Shown here piece after piece: positions 39,003 through 51,949 of a DNA stretch of 64,000 nucleotides (positions are counted from its first letter, which is position 1; every line of letters starts with the position of its first letter). The notes beneath the pieces were generated by a model. The model was not told the DNA's origin and searched no databases. It saw only the letters and a list, made by a program, of their open reading frames with translations. The stretch comes from Utricularia gibba (lineage: Eukaryota > Plantae > Magnoliophyta), in contig CM007989.1 in assembly GCA_002189035.1 (NCBI GenBank), forward strand, positions 4,464,001 to 4,528,000. Reading direction: 5' to 3'. Position numbers and translations under genes: made by a program.

Positions 39003-42000
39003 CTATCGCATCCATCTTTGCTCCGCAGCAATTACGGCTGCTGCGGAAGGCGGCAGATCTCTCAAGCTTCCATTAGTCACCTGATCTTCTGCAATAAAGG
39101 GTGGGGGGGGCGCAACTCTGAATAGCGATTGGAGATCTCCGAGGGTCAAGCATGGCTGATCCTGGTTCTTCCTATTCCCACTTATGAACGAACTCGTGTT
39201 TCGACTCTTGTTCATCTTGTATATGCTTTCCTCTACAGTGCTCTTCACCTGTTTCATGGAGGATGGGTTCAATCTGCAGTTGTAAATTTGTATATATGGG
39301 AATGTAAGGAGCATGTCTCGTACGATGAAACGATGGACGAGGGTCTTCTGCTGCTGCCCAATCCGATGAACCCTACCAATGGCTTGCGCTTCAGCAGCTG
39401 GATTCAGCAACGGCTCTACAAGGATGACATGTGCTGCTTCCAGCAGATTCAGCCCATTGGCTCCGTGCTGAATCAAGATGAGTAGCACTTGGGGAGGCTT
39501 CGCGCCTTTAGGGCTGCTTGGTTGGCCCCTGAAATGGCTGACGGCATTTTGTGATTTCCTGCAACGTCGGACCAGGCATCATACAATGAAAACGAAATCA
39601 TCATATGGTTCACGGAAACTTACCTTCCACCCTTCATTCTGATGTAGGTTATGCCATTGGCATTGAAGGCATGCTGCAACACGTCGAGAACATCATTCCA
39701 ACTGGAAAAGACGAGAATCTTGGAATCGGGCTCGGATGCATTGATCCACAGAATTCTCCTTGTTACTGCTTCAATCTTCGAAGATAGCCAGGAATGGAGT
39801 GCAACAACAGCCGAAGATAAGATGCAATACTTACAGAATGGAATTGTGTAAAAAACACTTTCATTCACATCACCTTAGTGCTATATGAGCCTTGGATAGT
39901 GATGGATGCTTCAGACTTGTCATGACTTCCATCTGATTCATCGTGTTTCTCATCAGCAAGCGCAATATTCCCAAAGTCAGAAGCCTGACGACAGATAGGG
40001 CATACTACTCTGTCTCTGCGATGGTATCTTCCCTCAGTCATTGCAAAAAAGCCTGTGAAAGTGGTAGCGGTTACATGAATGCACACAGAGCATTGAGCAC
40101 CCGCTGAAGTGGTAAAGACTTACATTTACAGCATGTCGTGTGCCCACATTGGAAAACAAACTTCCGAGTACCGAGCTGATCATGGCAAATAGGGCATGAG
40201 ATAACTGGTTTAACTCCTGCACAACTGCCCGCAGGCTGTGCTCCTCCATCTAACAATGAACCATCCAAGCTCCCAACACTGACTCGTTGATTAGATTCTG
40301 CCAAACCCTGTGGAAGAAAAAGGCCTGGTCATTTTCTCATTTTAAGAAAAGAAATGATTCAGTCGCTTCTCTCAACCTTCAAATAACGAAGTTTTCCTCT
40401 TATACGGGACAGTGAATCCAGGGCCAGAAACTTTTCACTGGAATTTTCAACACCAGCAACATCCAACTCTTCCAGGCTTAAGGCATCTATTGATGTGTCA
40501 TCCACATTCTCTCTAAGGCGCAATCTTGAGGTTGCCATTTTTAGTTCATCATGAGCCCGCAGAACTTGTGCCTGTGCGATCGCCAACGTCCTTGCCAGGG
40601 CATACTCTTTGCGCATAGCCTGGAAGTGGAAGTATTTACATGAATTTTTTTTATATATGTATCGGTCATGCCAACACCAACATACAAAAAGAGAAACAAG
40701 GATCTTTTCAAATGACAACAGTTAAGTGCTTTTGTCCAGATTTGGTGATGCCAAAAGATATACCTCAAGAAGATCAAGCTGCTTTCGGGCAGAAGCTGCA
40801 CCATCCTTCTCTAAGAATCCCCTGAAGTTGTTCCGAATTATTGTCAAAATTATCTCCAAATCTGAGGGCGACTTTGAGGTCTGTAATGAAAAAAAATATA
40901 TATATATATAGGGTTTTTACAGAAAAGACGTGACAATCATATGATCGTTCAAACATATGTCAGAACTAACCGTCACTTTCTCCCCTGCATCCCTTTTTCT
41001 GCCATCATCATCCATGAAATCAGAATGCGAAGATGTTGAAGTTTTGTTTTCACGTGATAAATTCCAGTAAAATCGATTGAGAGCAGACGTCTTTTTTTGC
41101 AGATTCACTGCTTCTTCTGCAGATATAATAACCTCCCCATTATTTCTTTTATTTAGGCGAAAGAGTCTGGCTTCATAAACCTGGCCAAAAGAACTTTTTA
41201 AGAGATTCAGGAGATATGCTTCATACATATTTTCATAGAAAGGCTGCAGCAGACCTGGAAAAGTTCGTCCAATTCACAGTGGGTGCAAGGAGGACCATTG
41301 GAATCAGAATTGCAATTCCGACAGTATCTTACACGTGCTACATCCTCTTCTCTAGGATCTTCCATTGTTTTGCCTATCTCAAGGAGTCTGTCAAGCAAAG
41401 TATCTCTTGATTCTTCTAGGGCGTCCAAACCAGTTTGGACATAGTATTTTAGGGCTGTAATGCTGCTGAAGCTGTATCATGGAACAATATTACAATCAAT
41501 GCTACTAAGGAAGCCAATCAGCAAATCATAACTATAAAAGTACGCAGAATGATAGGAAGCATGAACTTAACTAACCTTGCAGAAATTCTTGATTTCTTGT
41601 TGAGATTCCCAGAAAGGGCTTCTCTTATCTTTTGGAACAAGACTTCAGACAAATCTTGATTTTTCTCGATGTGATGCAAGGAATCCAACCACCAAATTAC
41701 TTCCTGACTTTTCCTTTTTCTAAAAGCATCACAGACCTTCAAGAAAAATATACAGAATGTAGAAATGAAAAGAATCACAAGCAGAACCGGGAAAAAACAA
41801 CAGTTAAAGCGAGATTATTTCTGTTTATAAATTACATAATTAAGCAATCAGCATGATAAACATTCACCAACTGTATGCCAGCAAACCTGTTCGTTTAATT
41901 TTTGGAATTCCAGCTGAGCCACACTGAATCTTGAATTATAAACTGCCAAGAATTTTTGCTTCAGATCTGCACATGATTCTTTGAGGCATCCAATATATGT

Positions 42001-45000
42001 AGATATATTTGACTCAGCATCATGAGGTGGTCCCTGCCTAGGTAAGCAAGAAGAGCGATTTTGTGAATTTTCAGAAATCCTGGCAAGATTAGTACAATGT
42101 GTAGCGTTCATTTCCTCCGCATGAAAATCTTTCTCGGTGTTAGTGTAGGTTTCATTAAGAATCTCTTCCAGGCATCCCAAAGCAGGCAACGATTCGAGTG
42201 ATAGTATATCAACAAGATTATGATGAATATGAATGTTCAGAAGAGGGTCAAGCCGAAAGTCATCAGAGTGCTCATCAACTAAGCTCAACGCCTCTCTATA
42301 GAGTGATATGGCTTGAGAAGTATCTTCCTTGATGATAGCAATGCCTGCAAGTCCATTCAATGCCACAACCAATTTCCTTAGAGCATCCTCACCTTCTAGC
42401 TTTGTCTTGCCAATTAAAATCTGCATTCCGGATACCTTTGTTATCAGGAAAAGTTCGACAAGAATTGAAAAAAGTTCATCATCATCAATTTGAGAAATAT
42501 TTACCGATAAAATGTCCTCCATAGTCATTGGTGACTTTTGCCAAGATCTTAAACCAGAACTTCCAACTTGAGGATGGCAGCAGGCTTGACGAAGCTTCAG
42601 GAGAGAGTTGAACAGCTTAGCTGCTTCCCTGGTGGTGATAGAATGTTGAATTGAAGAGTCAAACAGTATGCCATCTGGAAAAAAGAAAAGAATACAAGAA
42701 TCAGAGGCTCCATTGCTGGAGTGCTATGTGTGGAGCAAACTCTTTATTTTACTTAACCTGGGGTCATCTTATCATATAATAAATATGACAACAAACATTA
42801 AATACCTGATGATTTATCACTTTCAGCATCGTTCTTAAAACTTGCAACAACTTCTCGAGCAATATCAACACAACTTTCATGTTGCCTCTGGTAAAAGTGC
42901 TGCTCAATTGGAGAGAGAGTAAGCCAGGAAACACACTCCTCCTGAGGTGGAAGCTGTAGCTCATCCCAAACATGCACTTTTGAGGAGCGCCACATAAGTT
43001 GCTTGAAAAACTTATGGGTGAAAGAAATGGCTGCAGCATCACCTCGCTGAACAGATCCATACAGTAAAATTATGTAAAAAGAAATGCATCCACAAATAGG
43101 AATTTCTGATTGTATAATTCCTAATGTTACATATGAACATTAAAATTTATCGATATTATTTGTTCTGTCATGCGACTATTATCACATGGTTGGCATACTT
43201 TTCCCCTTAGTATTTTTATGGAGGTTCAGATGAAACGCATTCACAATAGTGGTTCATTTTTTTAAGTCTAGGGACACTTAGAATTTTCATACCTCATATG
43301 GACCAGAAATAACATCAGTCCACCATCTGAATACATCAAAAGGACTTGCACGGAGAAATCTCAACAGCCCATACAGGTCATCAAGTTCCCGCTGTATGGG
43401 AGTTCCTGTTATACACCACCTGTGTTTTGCATGTAATCGGAGTGCAAGTTCCGCAGCAGATGCTGCCCTACCTTCCACCATTTGAGCTTCATCAAGACAT
43501 ACTCTCCACCATAAGACTCTTGTGAGAAGAGTTGGCACAACAGGGTACCTATAACAAATTAGAGAATGTTATTAGAATTAACAAAAACATTAGAATTGCA
43601 TCATCAAAAGAATTTAGAAAGCGGAAAAAAGAGTATTTAGACACTACAAGAACATGCATCATGAGTATGGAAAACTAGGCCAATTAGTCAAGTTGTAACT
43701 CAGCATGCATTTCATGCTCTACGCAGCAAGCCCACCATGTTGCTTTACAATCTTCACTGCACAAATGTACAGCTAATGAATCGTCAACAGAAATTGAGTT
43801 GGGTCAACATTTAACTTACCTCTTCATATGCCTCAGAAAGCGCTGATCCCCTTCATGCCTTTGGGAATCATGTGGCAAATCCTCTTTTAGCACATCATAA
43901 GTTGTCAAAACAATATCAGCAGCTAAAATTTCATCAATATCGATGACAGGCACATCAGCAAGGGTAGTTCTCTTCGCTCCTTCATAAATGCAGACCTTCA
44001 ATGCGCCCAGATTTGTATGACTGTTGAATTGAATTGATGAACAACCATAATATAAGAAAAGCGTGGACTTTCATGAATACAAGCATGAAATTAAATAGAT
44101 ATATAGAAAACTCTGTTTTCAAAAAACCAAGGAAATGAAACAATGTAGAACTTTTCATAGCATGCAGCATGCCGAGTTCTCGACTTACAAAATTCACCAC
44201 TGTGATAACAAAACATAAATTTAAAATCAGCAATTCGTAAAAAAGTGGTACCGTAAGATCTCTGAATGCCATTGGAGCAAAATGGGAGTTGGACAAACTA
44301 TAAGAGTTGCACCAGTAGCAATTGGGGGTTGAGTGGCCTGCATAAGCATGATGCATGTCTGGCAAATAAATTCTTCATCCATCTCAATCACTTTGATTTC
44401 ATTCTTTTTTTTCTTGCACTTCTTTGAATGCCCAATTCCCAACTTCTCTTGATCAACATTCCCACTGTACCTGCATTTGTTTGTCTTTGGCGAGTACGCA
44501 ACACAATCAGCATGTTGCCAAGCATCACAAACATCACACTGCACCCACAGACCTTTATACTTGCTGCTCTCGGAAACAGCACCACATATGCACTCAACTC
44601 TCTCCCTTTTCAGTCGAGTGAATCTTTCATTTGGAAACTCATGCATTGTGGCATTAGAATTAACTGGAACTTTGACTGATGGCATCTGATTAGTTAGAAT
44701 GCAAGCAAGGAGCTCAACAGTTTTCCCCAAGCCCATTTCATCTGGAATATCAATACCAGAGCAACAAAGAGACAGCTACAGTTATTGTTATTTATTAACA
44801 GACTTAATCGCATAAAGTATTGTCAAAGTTTTATTAACACAGCTAGAATTGGACAATCACTACCAAGTTCCTTCAAAATTAAAAAAATAAAGAAAGAAAT
44901 CAATGTAAACTGTGAGGATTCCACACATTGCAAAATTAAAATCATTATAATCAAGAAGCCAGAAAAATAACAGCAAGAAGACTTCTCATAATAATGAGTC

Positions 45001-46366
45001 TGAAAAATATACATACCAGCAAGGATTCCACCAGAAACATATGCCAAGGAGCAGCCACGATTCAACGAAATACTCCCACTAGAAAAAAAGAAAAAAAAAA
45101 CAGAAATGTTGGCACTTTTGTCAGATTTGGTATCCAAAGGTATCAACATTCAAATTCTCAGAAGATTTAGAACTTTAGATAGCAGCATTGAGAAGATAAC
45201 CAAGGTAAGGTTTTTTATTCTAACGCACACAAAGCAAAATGCTGCAACAGATATGGAAAAGAAGCATACCTAAAGGGGTTAAAATAGATTCTTCTAGATG
45301 TATCTATCACACTAAGAGGCACACATAGAGGGAAAGCAATGCAACTTGTCTCGTTCCTACATGAAAGGTCCTCATCACCTTTCTCACGTTGTACCATCCA
45401 GTGAGCTGCACGTCTTTGGTATGGTCTTAGCTTTGGCAGCAAGTCAGGAAGGTGATTTTCCAACATGTTTGCGTCTCTGTTATGAAAGATTCTATTTTGC
45501 TGAGTCTCTTTGTATAATTATTCGAAAATGAAAAAAAATATACAGCAATCTTCTACCACCACTCACTTTGATGGCTTAATAGCTTCATAAAAGCTGGAAA
45601 CTTCAAACTTCATTGGTTTTATCTCGGAGGATTCACCATCCAGCACATGAGGTGCATCTATATCCATTTTAAGGGAACTACAGCCATATCTTGTTTCTGA
45701 CATCATAACTTCTGGCCTCAGCCATGCCATAACATTCATCATACTTTTTCTCCAGAGCTGTTTTGTATTATCAATGAGGGACTCACACTCATTGAACATG
45801 CTTTTTAGAATCTCAACCCGGATTCTTACGGGTGGCATGCTGTCCACTAATTCAATCCCCATATTTGGTCTGAGAGTGAAGTACTTTAAGCTACAAAGAT
45901 GGACTAGACCAGTAACTCCTCCCTCAGACCCATCAACGACTCCAGAAAGCATGACAAAATCCTTCTGCTGACCTTCGTGTGTTGATCTCAAAACAAATTC
46001 CAAACTTGTATTCTTCTCGGACAAAGCAGGCCAGTGGCCAAATTTCATACGTCCAAGATGCCCATTCAGATTACACAGTTTAAACCTTATGAAAAAGTTC
46101 GCATCTTCGTCAAATTTCTCAGCAAGTATATTCCCGCGAAACTCCTCGCCCACAATCAAGTTCAACAAAAGGATTTCTCCTATATCAAAGTGCTCCTCAC
46201 AACCCCTGCTTGACTTCTCAATCTCAACATAAAAGGGCTCGTCGACTTCCACGGATTTACCATCTTTTGCATCTGCACCATCACATTTCGTAACCTGAGC
46301 ATCAGAAACTTGCGGTTCTAATAATCCGCCAGACCGACGAGGCCTGAACTGCTTCCTTCTACCCAT
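39003..46366 (-). CDS. SHPRH: E3 ubiquitin ligase / SNF2 helicase SHPRH (At2g40770-like), 19 exons, 1634 aa, intact
   Basis: Exons: 46366-45567, 45476-45270, 45078-45017, 44741-44252, 44020-43820, 43548-43293, 43046-42806, 42674-42505, 42420-41887, 41736-41576, 41471-41255, 41180-40971, 40880-40764, 40619-40377, 40307-40124, 40052-39874, 39775-39624, 39558-39324, 39248-39003. All are GT-AG and phase-compatible (4905 nt). Motifs: GGILADEMGLGKT, PHD (CICG...QCDVCDAWQHADC), LDEAQ, ITGTP, RING (CPIC...CGH..C..C...CPIC) and helicase C (QAIGRVHRIGQ). Confidence 0.96.
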
Positions 46367-46860
46367 CTTCAAACATACGTATTCCTTCTAAACCCAGACA
46401 ATATCCCAACAAATAACTTCGATATGCAGATAGAAGCAAAGAAGAAATAGCAACCCAAACAAACATCAAGGAAAATGATTACTTGTGACACCCCCAAAGG
46501 TTGAACGTAACATCAATTAAAAAAAGGCCTCCTCCAACGCCTCATCAATCAACTAATCACTAATAATCAGTCCAAAACAGCGAAGAATGAAGTACCAACT
46601 TCCACGATTCAGAATAAAGATAGCCTAAAAGCTACAGAAATGTCGGAACACCCAATTGTTCCAGTATTCGGTAACTACTTGAAGCTTCTCAATCTCTAAT
46701 CTTCAAATTATGATCAGGACACGACTTTTTCCAGAATCAAGGAGCTCCATGCTCTCTCGCGCGTTCGCGAAGAAAAATATTCGTTTAATTGACCCAAAAT
46801 CAGTATCTCGGCCTGGACTTCTGTTGGATCCCATTTCATACCCGCGGACCCAGAGTAGGA

Positions 46861-46972
46861 TGGGCTTGAGCCTCAGTAATGGGCCTGGTCCGTTTCCGTC
46901 TATTTTTAGAGGGCTTATGTAAGATCCGTGCCCATTGGGCTCAATCCACTAAGCGGCATCTGAATGTGGGCT
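46861..46972. promoter_or_regulatory. Site II (TGGGCY) cluster in the SHPRH/RBD1 divergent promoter
   Basis: TGGGCT at 46861, TGGGCC at 46880, TGGGCT at 46936 and TGGGCT at 46967. The two start codons are 710 bp apart, head-to-head. Confidence 0.6.
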
Positions 46973-47076
46973 CGTTCTGAGCCTGTGGCTCGTTTCTAAT
47001 CCTTTATGAAAGTGTTTCTAAAGATAATGTTAAATAATCCGCCTTATGAATTGAATAAGCATCTCTATCTAGGCAT

Positions 47077-47646
47077 ATGCCACTCCGCTCGATAATGGCT
47101 TTCTCCACTCCCGGAGCTTCCGTTGCCTTTTTCACCATCTCCGGCCCCTCCCCGGCGTCACCGCGTGTGCTTCCGGCGAGTATCCGCCTCCCAATTCCGA
47201 AGCCCATTTGCAGACCCAGAATTATACTGAGATCAATAGACGTCTCCAAAGAAGACCAGCAGGAGCAGCCGATTTCTCTCCAAGAAGAAGAGCCCGAGGC
47301 GAAATTCGACAAGCGGAGGCTAGAGGAGAAATTCGCGGTGGTGAACACAGGAGTATTCGAGTGCAGATCTTGCGGTTACAAATACGAAGAGGCAGCAGGG
47401 GACCCCGGGTACCCGATTCCACCGGGGATGCCCTTCGATAAGCTCCCCGACGATTGGCGGTGCCCCACCTGCGGCGCATCGCAGACATTTTTCCAGAGCA
47501 AGAAAATGGAGATCGCGGGGTTTGCCCAGAATCAACAGTTTGGGTTGGGGGGCAACTCGCTCACCTCCGGGGATAAGGCATTGCTCATCTATGGCAGTTT
47601 GTTTTTGGGGTTTCTCTTCTTCTTGTCTGGTTACTTCATCCAATGA
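47077..47646 (+). CDS. RBD1: Thylakoid rubredoxin RBD1/RubA (At1g54500-like), single exon
   Basis: Ser/Pro-rich transit peptide; FECRSCGYKY...GDPGYPIPPGMPFDKLPDDWRCPTCGA (two CxxC motifs); GFAQNQQFGLGGNSLTSG.K.LLIYGSL C-terminal TM helix. The start could be 47077 or 47095. Confidence 0.95.
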   Translation: MPLRSIMAFSTPGASVAFFTISGPSPASPRVLPASIRLPIPKPICRPRIILRSIDVSKEDQQEQPISLQEEEPEAKFDKRRLEEKFAVVNTGVFECRSCGYKYEEAAGDPGYPIPPGMPFDKLPDDWRCPTCGASQTFFQSKKMEIAGFAQNQQFGLGGNSLTSGDKALLIYGSLFLGFLFFLSGYFIQ

Positions 47647-49236
47647 TCCATTGATGCAACACGATACTGGCAACTGTATTCCAATTTGCCTTACCCATGT
47701 GAACGAACGATCACAAGAAACAATCAAAATTTAAACTTATATTATCCAACTAATCAACACTCATCAAGTGTTATTCTGATAATCGCAGTTTACTCCAATG
47801 ATCTTAAATGGTGTGGTTAACCATTTGATATCTACCAATAGTGATGGTTCCACAACCCTATATTAATTTTTCCGCCAAATGTACAAAATTGATTATCTCT
47901 TTTCTGACCTGAACCTTAATGATTTTGAATTAGTATAATTCTAAGACTCTGATTTAGCTGACAAAAAACATCCTCAAAATTTTATCTCATCAGTCCTCTT
48001 ATTATGTTGATTCTCAAAGTTTTAGTAAAATAGAGTATGCCTTGAATAATGGTATCGAAGTTGAGCACAGGGAATTTGTGCTCATGGTGTGCAATATAAT
48101 ATACATTTACCATTCATTTACATTCCAAATATAATTAAATTCACCAAATTTCATGAAAAGTGATCAAAGTAAGTAAAAATCTAGAAAGCCAATAACACGA
48201 ATTTGATATAATAACAAGAGTGATGATTGATTCCTACTTTCAGATCACATTTCCACATTATTACAATTTGAAACAACTTATATTAACCCAATCATTTTCT
48301 AATGTTTTCGATACCAACACGCTCAAGATTTTTTAGTCATTTTACATACAAGTCCATCATTTTAAAAATAAATAAAATCATATTTATTCAATTCTATTGG
48401 TTTTTAGACAAGCATGTTGACCAAATCTACTTATGTTAAAGCTTTAGTCTACTTTCAAATCACATTTATACCTCATGTTTGTCACTTTTATTATCTTTAT
48501 GTTGACTTAGGGATGTTAATGGATCAGATATTATCCTAAATCAACTAAAACTGAATCCGTTTAAAAATCGATAATAAGTGATTCAAATTTAGATAAAAAG
48601 TTATAAGAATTAAATATAAATGATTTTGATCTAGATTTAAATTCAATGAACCGTTTATTTGAACCTGAATTGATTTTTTTATTTTTACATACATAATTTG
48701 TTTATTTTTCGTTATAATATATTGTATAAAAAAATATTTTTTTAATTCACAACATTTGATCTATTTTCATGAACATCTATTTCTACTCAAATATTAAAAT
48801 AGTAAAACAAGTAAACCTGTAAGCAGAACCAAACACCAAAACTTTGCCACGAACGATTCGTTCATAGGCCTGGAATTAGATCAATTTGGACAAGTACACG
48901 TCCAAAAATGCAGGAAATAAAATAAACATTTTAAAGTTTGAACTTCACGACTACTGTTTTCAAATCAAAACAGTATATTTTGGAGTTTGATTCCTTTGTT
49001 TGCTTTGAGTTACGTGACGTGCATAATGATTAAGCTATGGTGTTAAGATATTGTGAAATAGGCATTAAATATCTAGATTTAGTATATTTCTAAAAACTAC
49101 GAAAATATGAAAGGTCAAGCCTCATAACATTCATTTCTTACTCTAGGATTATGATAAATTACATATATATTTTATTAATTTTTGGATAATATTTAAAATT
49201 ATTGATGCGACTTGGGGTTGGTTGTTAGAGTGAATC

Positions 49237-50436
49237 TTATAATTGATTTTGTATCACTTATATTTATTATTTTTAGGAATCACCTAAATAGGTTTTGCAT
49301 TATTTTTATCTCAATTTTTTAAAGTTTTTATAAGAATTTTATATCTTTCATGCCATAATGATCTTTTTAGAGGGGAAGTGTGTTTTGTGATTTTTCAGGA
49401 TAATTTTGGCATTATTTGGAGGATTTTTGAGCTACTTTGATGGAGTTTAAGATTTAATATATCTGGATAAAGACTCGATCAAAGATTCTCGGATAAGATA
49501 ATATTCGTATCTTATTTTGGAAAACTTGGATCATAACCTAGAAGATATATATCAAATCTTAGAAGATCCGGATAAAAGATTTGATGTGAGCCCATTAAGA
49601 AATCCCGACAAATCTCCATCATTATATAAAAATCCAAACACGAAGATTAAAGGAGTTAGTCATCATGGACTATAAAAGAGTCAATTTAGGGTTTAGAGTC
49701 GAGTCTAGCATGTTTGGGATTACTTTCCTTTCGTTTTTCATCAACTTTTGTTGTTCAGAGTCAAGTATGCGCGTGTGATCACTTGCGGCTAAGGATCTGC
49801 TGTGAAGTCTTGCTTATGTAAGTCCTACGCGTGTAACTTTCTTACTATGTTTTTCAACATTTAATTTGATGATTGATTTTGTTTTTCACAACGTTTTCTT
49901 TACCAATGTGATCTTTAGTACCATATAACCTTAAGAGAGTGTGAGAGAATTAAAGTTTGGCCTCAAGCATCTAAAGAGAAGAGTTCAATCGGACATCGTT
50001 GGTAAAGTACATTCTGTCTAATTTGCTACGAGGTGAGAAGTATAGGAGTTAGATTTGGGTGTAGGGAAAACATGTGTTATCACAAGAGGTGAAAATGGTT
50101 TTGGTGGCGTGGTTGATTCCATAATCCCACAAAACAAGGAAGGATGCTATAACGGTCACCGAGTAGCACTATTTTAGCATAATACCTCCAAAGCTTATAC
50201 AAGCATGTTAATTTTCAAGATTTACACACACACAAGGGCGAGTTTCAAGTAAGGTGGATTTTAGATCAAATACCACTTTTCTTATTGTTTTCAAAACCGA
50301 ATCTTTCTTTTGTTTTCAATCTTTTAAGTCTTTGTTATGAAAAGAAAATTTCAATAACAATTTTCTGTAGATATGATCTTATTTTATTACTTCGCCGGTT
50401 TCTGTGCACTTGCAGAATTAACATTTGAATCCAACA
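49237..50436 (+). mobile_element. Near-complete Athila-like LTR (about 1.2 kb), same family as 14268-14945
   Basis: The start aligns to TGATAAGTG of the 14268 copy (here TTATAATTG). Ends ...gaatccaaCA. No TSD seen. Confidence 0.65.
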
Positions 50437-50768
50437 AATTTTATAAAAGATTAAAAAATTAGAAATTGGAAAATTTAGGTTTAGAATTTTATTTTAAAAA
50501 TTATATTATATAAAAATATATAATTAAAAATTATTGAATTTGATTCAATCAATTATAACAGAGAATTTAACCTAAATACAAGTAAATGGAAACCGTAACA
50601 TGCATTTCTTTGGGTTTTGCATCTGTCTCAAATGAAGTTCTCAACAATTTTATTGAATTATTATTATTATTTACTGGGAAGAAATTGTCGGTGACCTAGA
50701 CGCGAAGAATTTCCCTCCGTCGGAAAAACGAATATACTCCCTCTTGGAAGGTGGAAAGCGCCGCGTCG

Positions 50769-51949
50769 ATGGTGGGAGTGTTCTCCAACAAGATTGGAAG
50801 AGATGATCTGAAGCCCGGCGACCACATCTACTCTTGGAGGAGTTCCTATCTCTTCGCTCACCATGGTCCGTTTCTGTCAATGGTTTAAGGCCCTTTTTTT
50901 GTTGATCTGTGGTTGATCCCGAAATCCTGTTCTGGGTCGCACTGGGGGATCTCCGTTTACTTCTTTGTAGTGCTTTTGTGGCACAATTGCTGATCCTTGT
51001 GTCATTTTTGGTTTCTTGGTTCTAGGTAATTTCATATTTTGATTTAAATTAGCCTAATAGATTTCATTCGCCTAGAACCCTAGTTCCATGCTTGGAGAAG
51101 TAATCATGGCTTAAAGTCACCACTTTTTTGATTGTTTCGCGCGTTGGTCTGATGATGATTATGTGAAGGTTTATTCTTGTCTCAATGTTCACAGTTTTGT
51201 TGAATGATTTTTTGTGAAGTTTATTTCCTATTTCATTTCTTGCTCAGTAAATCACTGATCTTTAGGTTTCGAAATGTTCAGGAATTTATATCGGGGATGG
51301 AAATGTGATCCATTTCACACGTGGACCCGGGCATGAGATCGGTACTGGGACAGTACTGGACAGGTTTATCTATAGTTCATCCCCAACCCCGTCAAAGGTT
51401 GCCTGTCCCAGATGTGGTGATCAATCAGGGGCTAATGGAGTCATCTCCTCTTGCCTTGACTGTTTTCTCTACGGTGGTGAACTCTATTTATTCCAGTATG
51501 ATGTATCACCTGCATTTTTTATTGCCAAAGCTCGAGGAGGAACCTGCACTCTTGCCAAGTCTGATCCACATGATGTTGTAATCCACCGAGCTATTTATCT
51601 CCTTGAGAATGGTTTTGGTGGTTATAATCTCTTCAGGAACAACTGTGAGGACTTTGCCATATACTGCAAAACTGGCTTGCTTGTGTTCACAAATGTAAGC
51701 GTTGGTCGAAGTGGACAAGCATCCACCTTCCTTGCATTTGCTAGCGCTTTCGTGTCATCTCCTCTACGCTTCCTGAGCACAGGCCCGGTTGGCTTGGCCC
51801 TTGTAGGGGCCAGTGTTTACAGCCTTAGTCGATATGTCGCAGATATTGGGGTAAGAAGAGATGTTCGTCAAATCAGTGTTGAGGATCTTGTTGCAGGTAC
51901 TTCCGCTTTACAGGCAACAGAAGCAGAACCTCAACCCCAACCCCTCTAA
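50769..51949 (+). CDS. LRAT/NC-domain protein, 2 exons (50769-50865, 51282-51949), 254 aa
   Basis: MVGVFSNKIGRDDLKPGDHIYSWR...AHH/GIYIGDGNVIHF...YNLFRNNCEDFAIYCKTG...RYVADIGVRRD. The His/His/Cys (NCE) catalytic residues are present and the splice phase fits. Confidence 0.92.

Noticed and set aside
48060-48090. Hairpin TGAGCACA-GGGAATT-TGTGCTCA
   Set aside because: The stem is only 8 bp, too short for a MIRNA precursor, and matches no miRNA I recognise.
48505-48760. TAGGGATG-starting AT-rich block (hAT/MITE-like); similar AT-rich blocks at 52260-53080 and 55400-55900
   Set aside because: No matching TIR pair or TSD could be established by eye.
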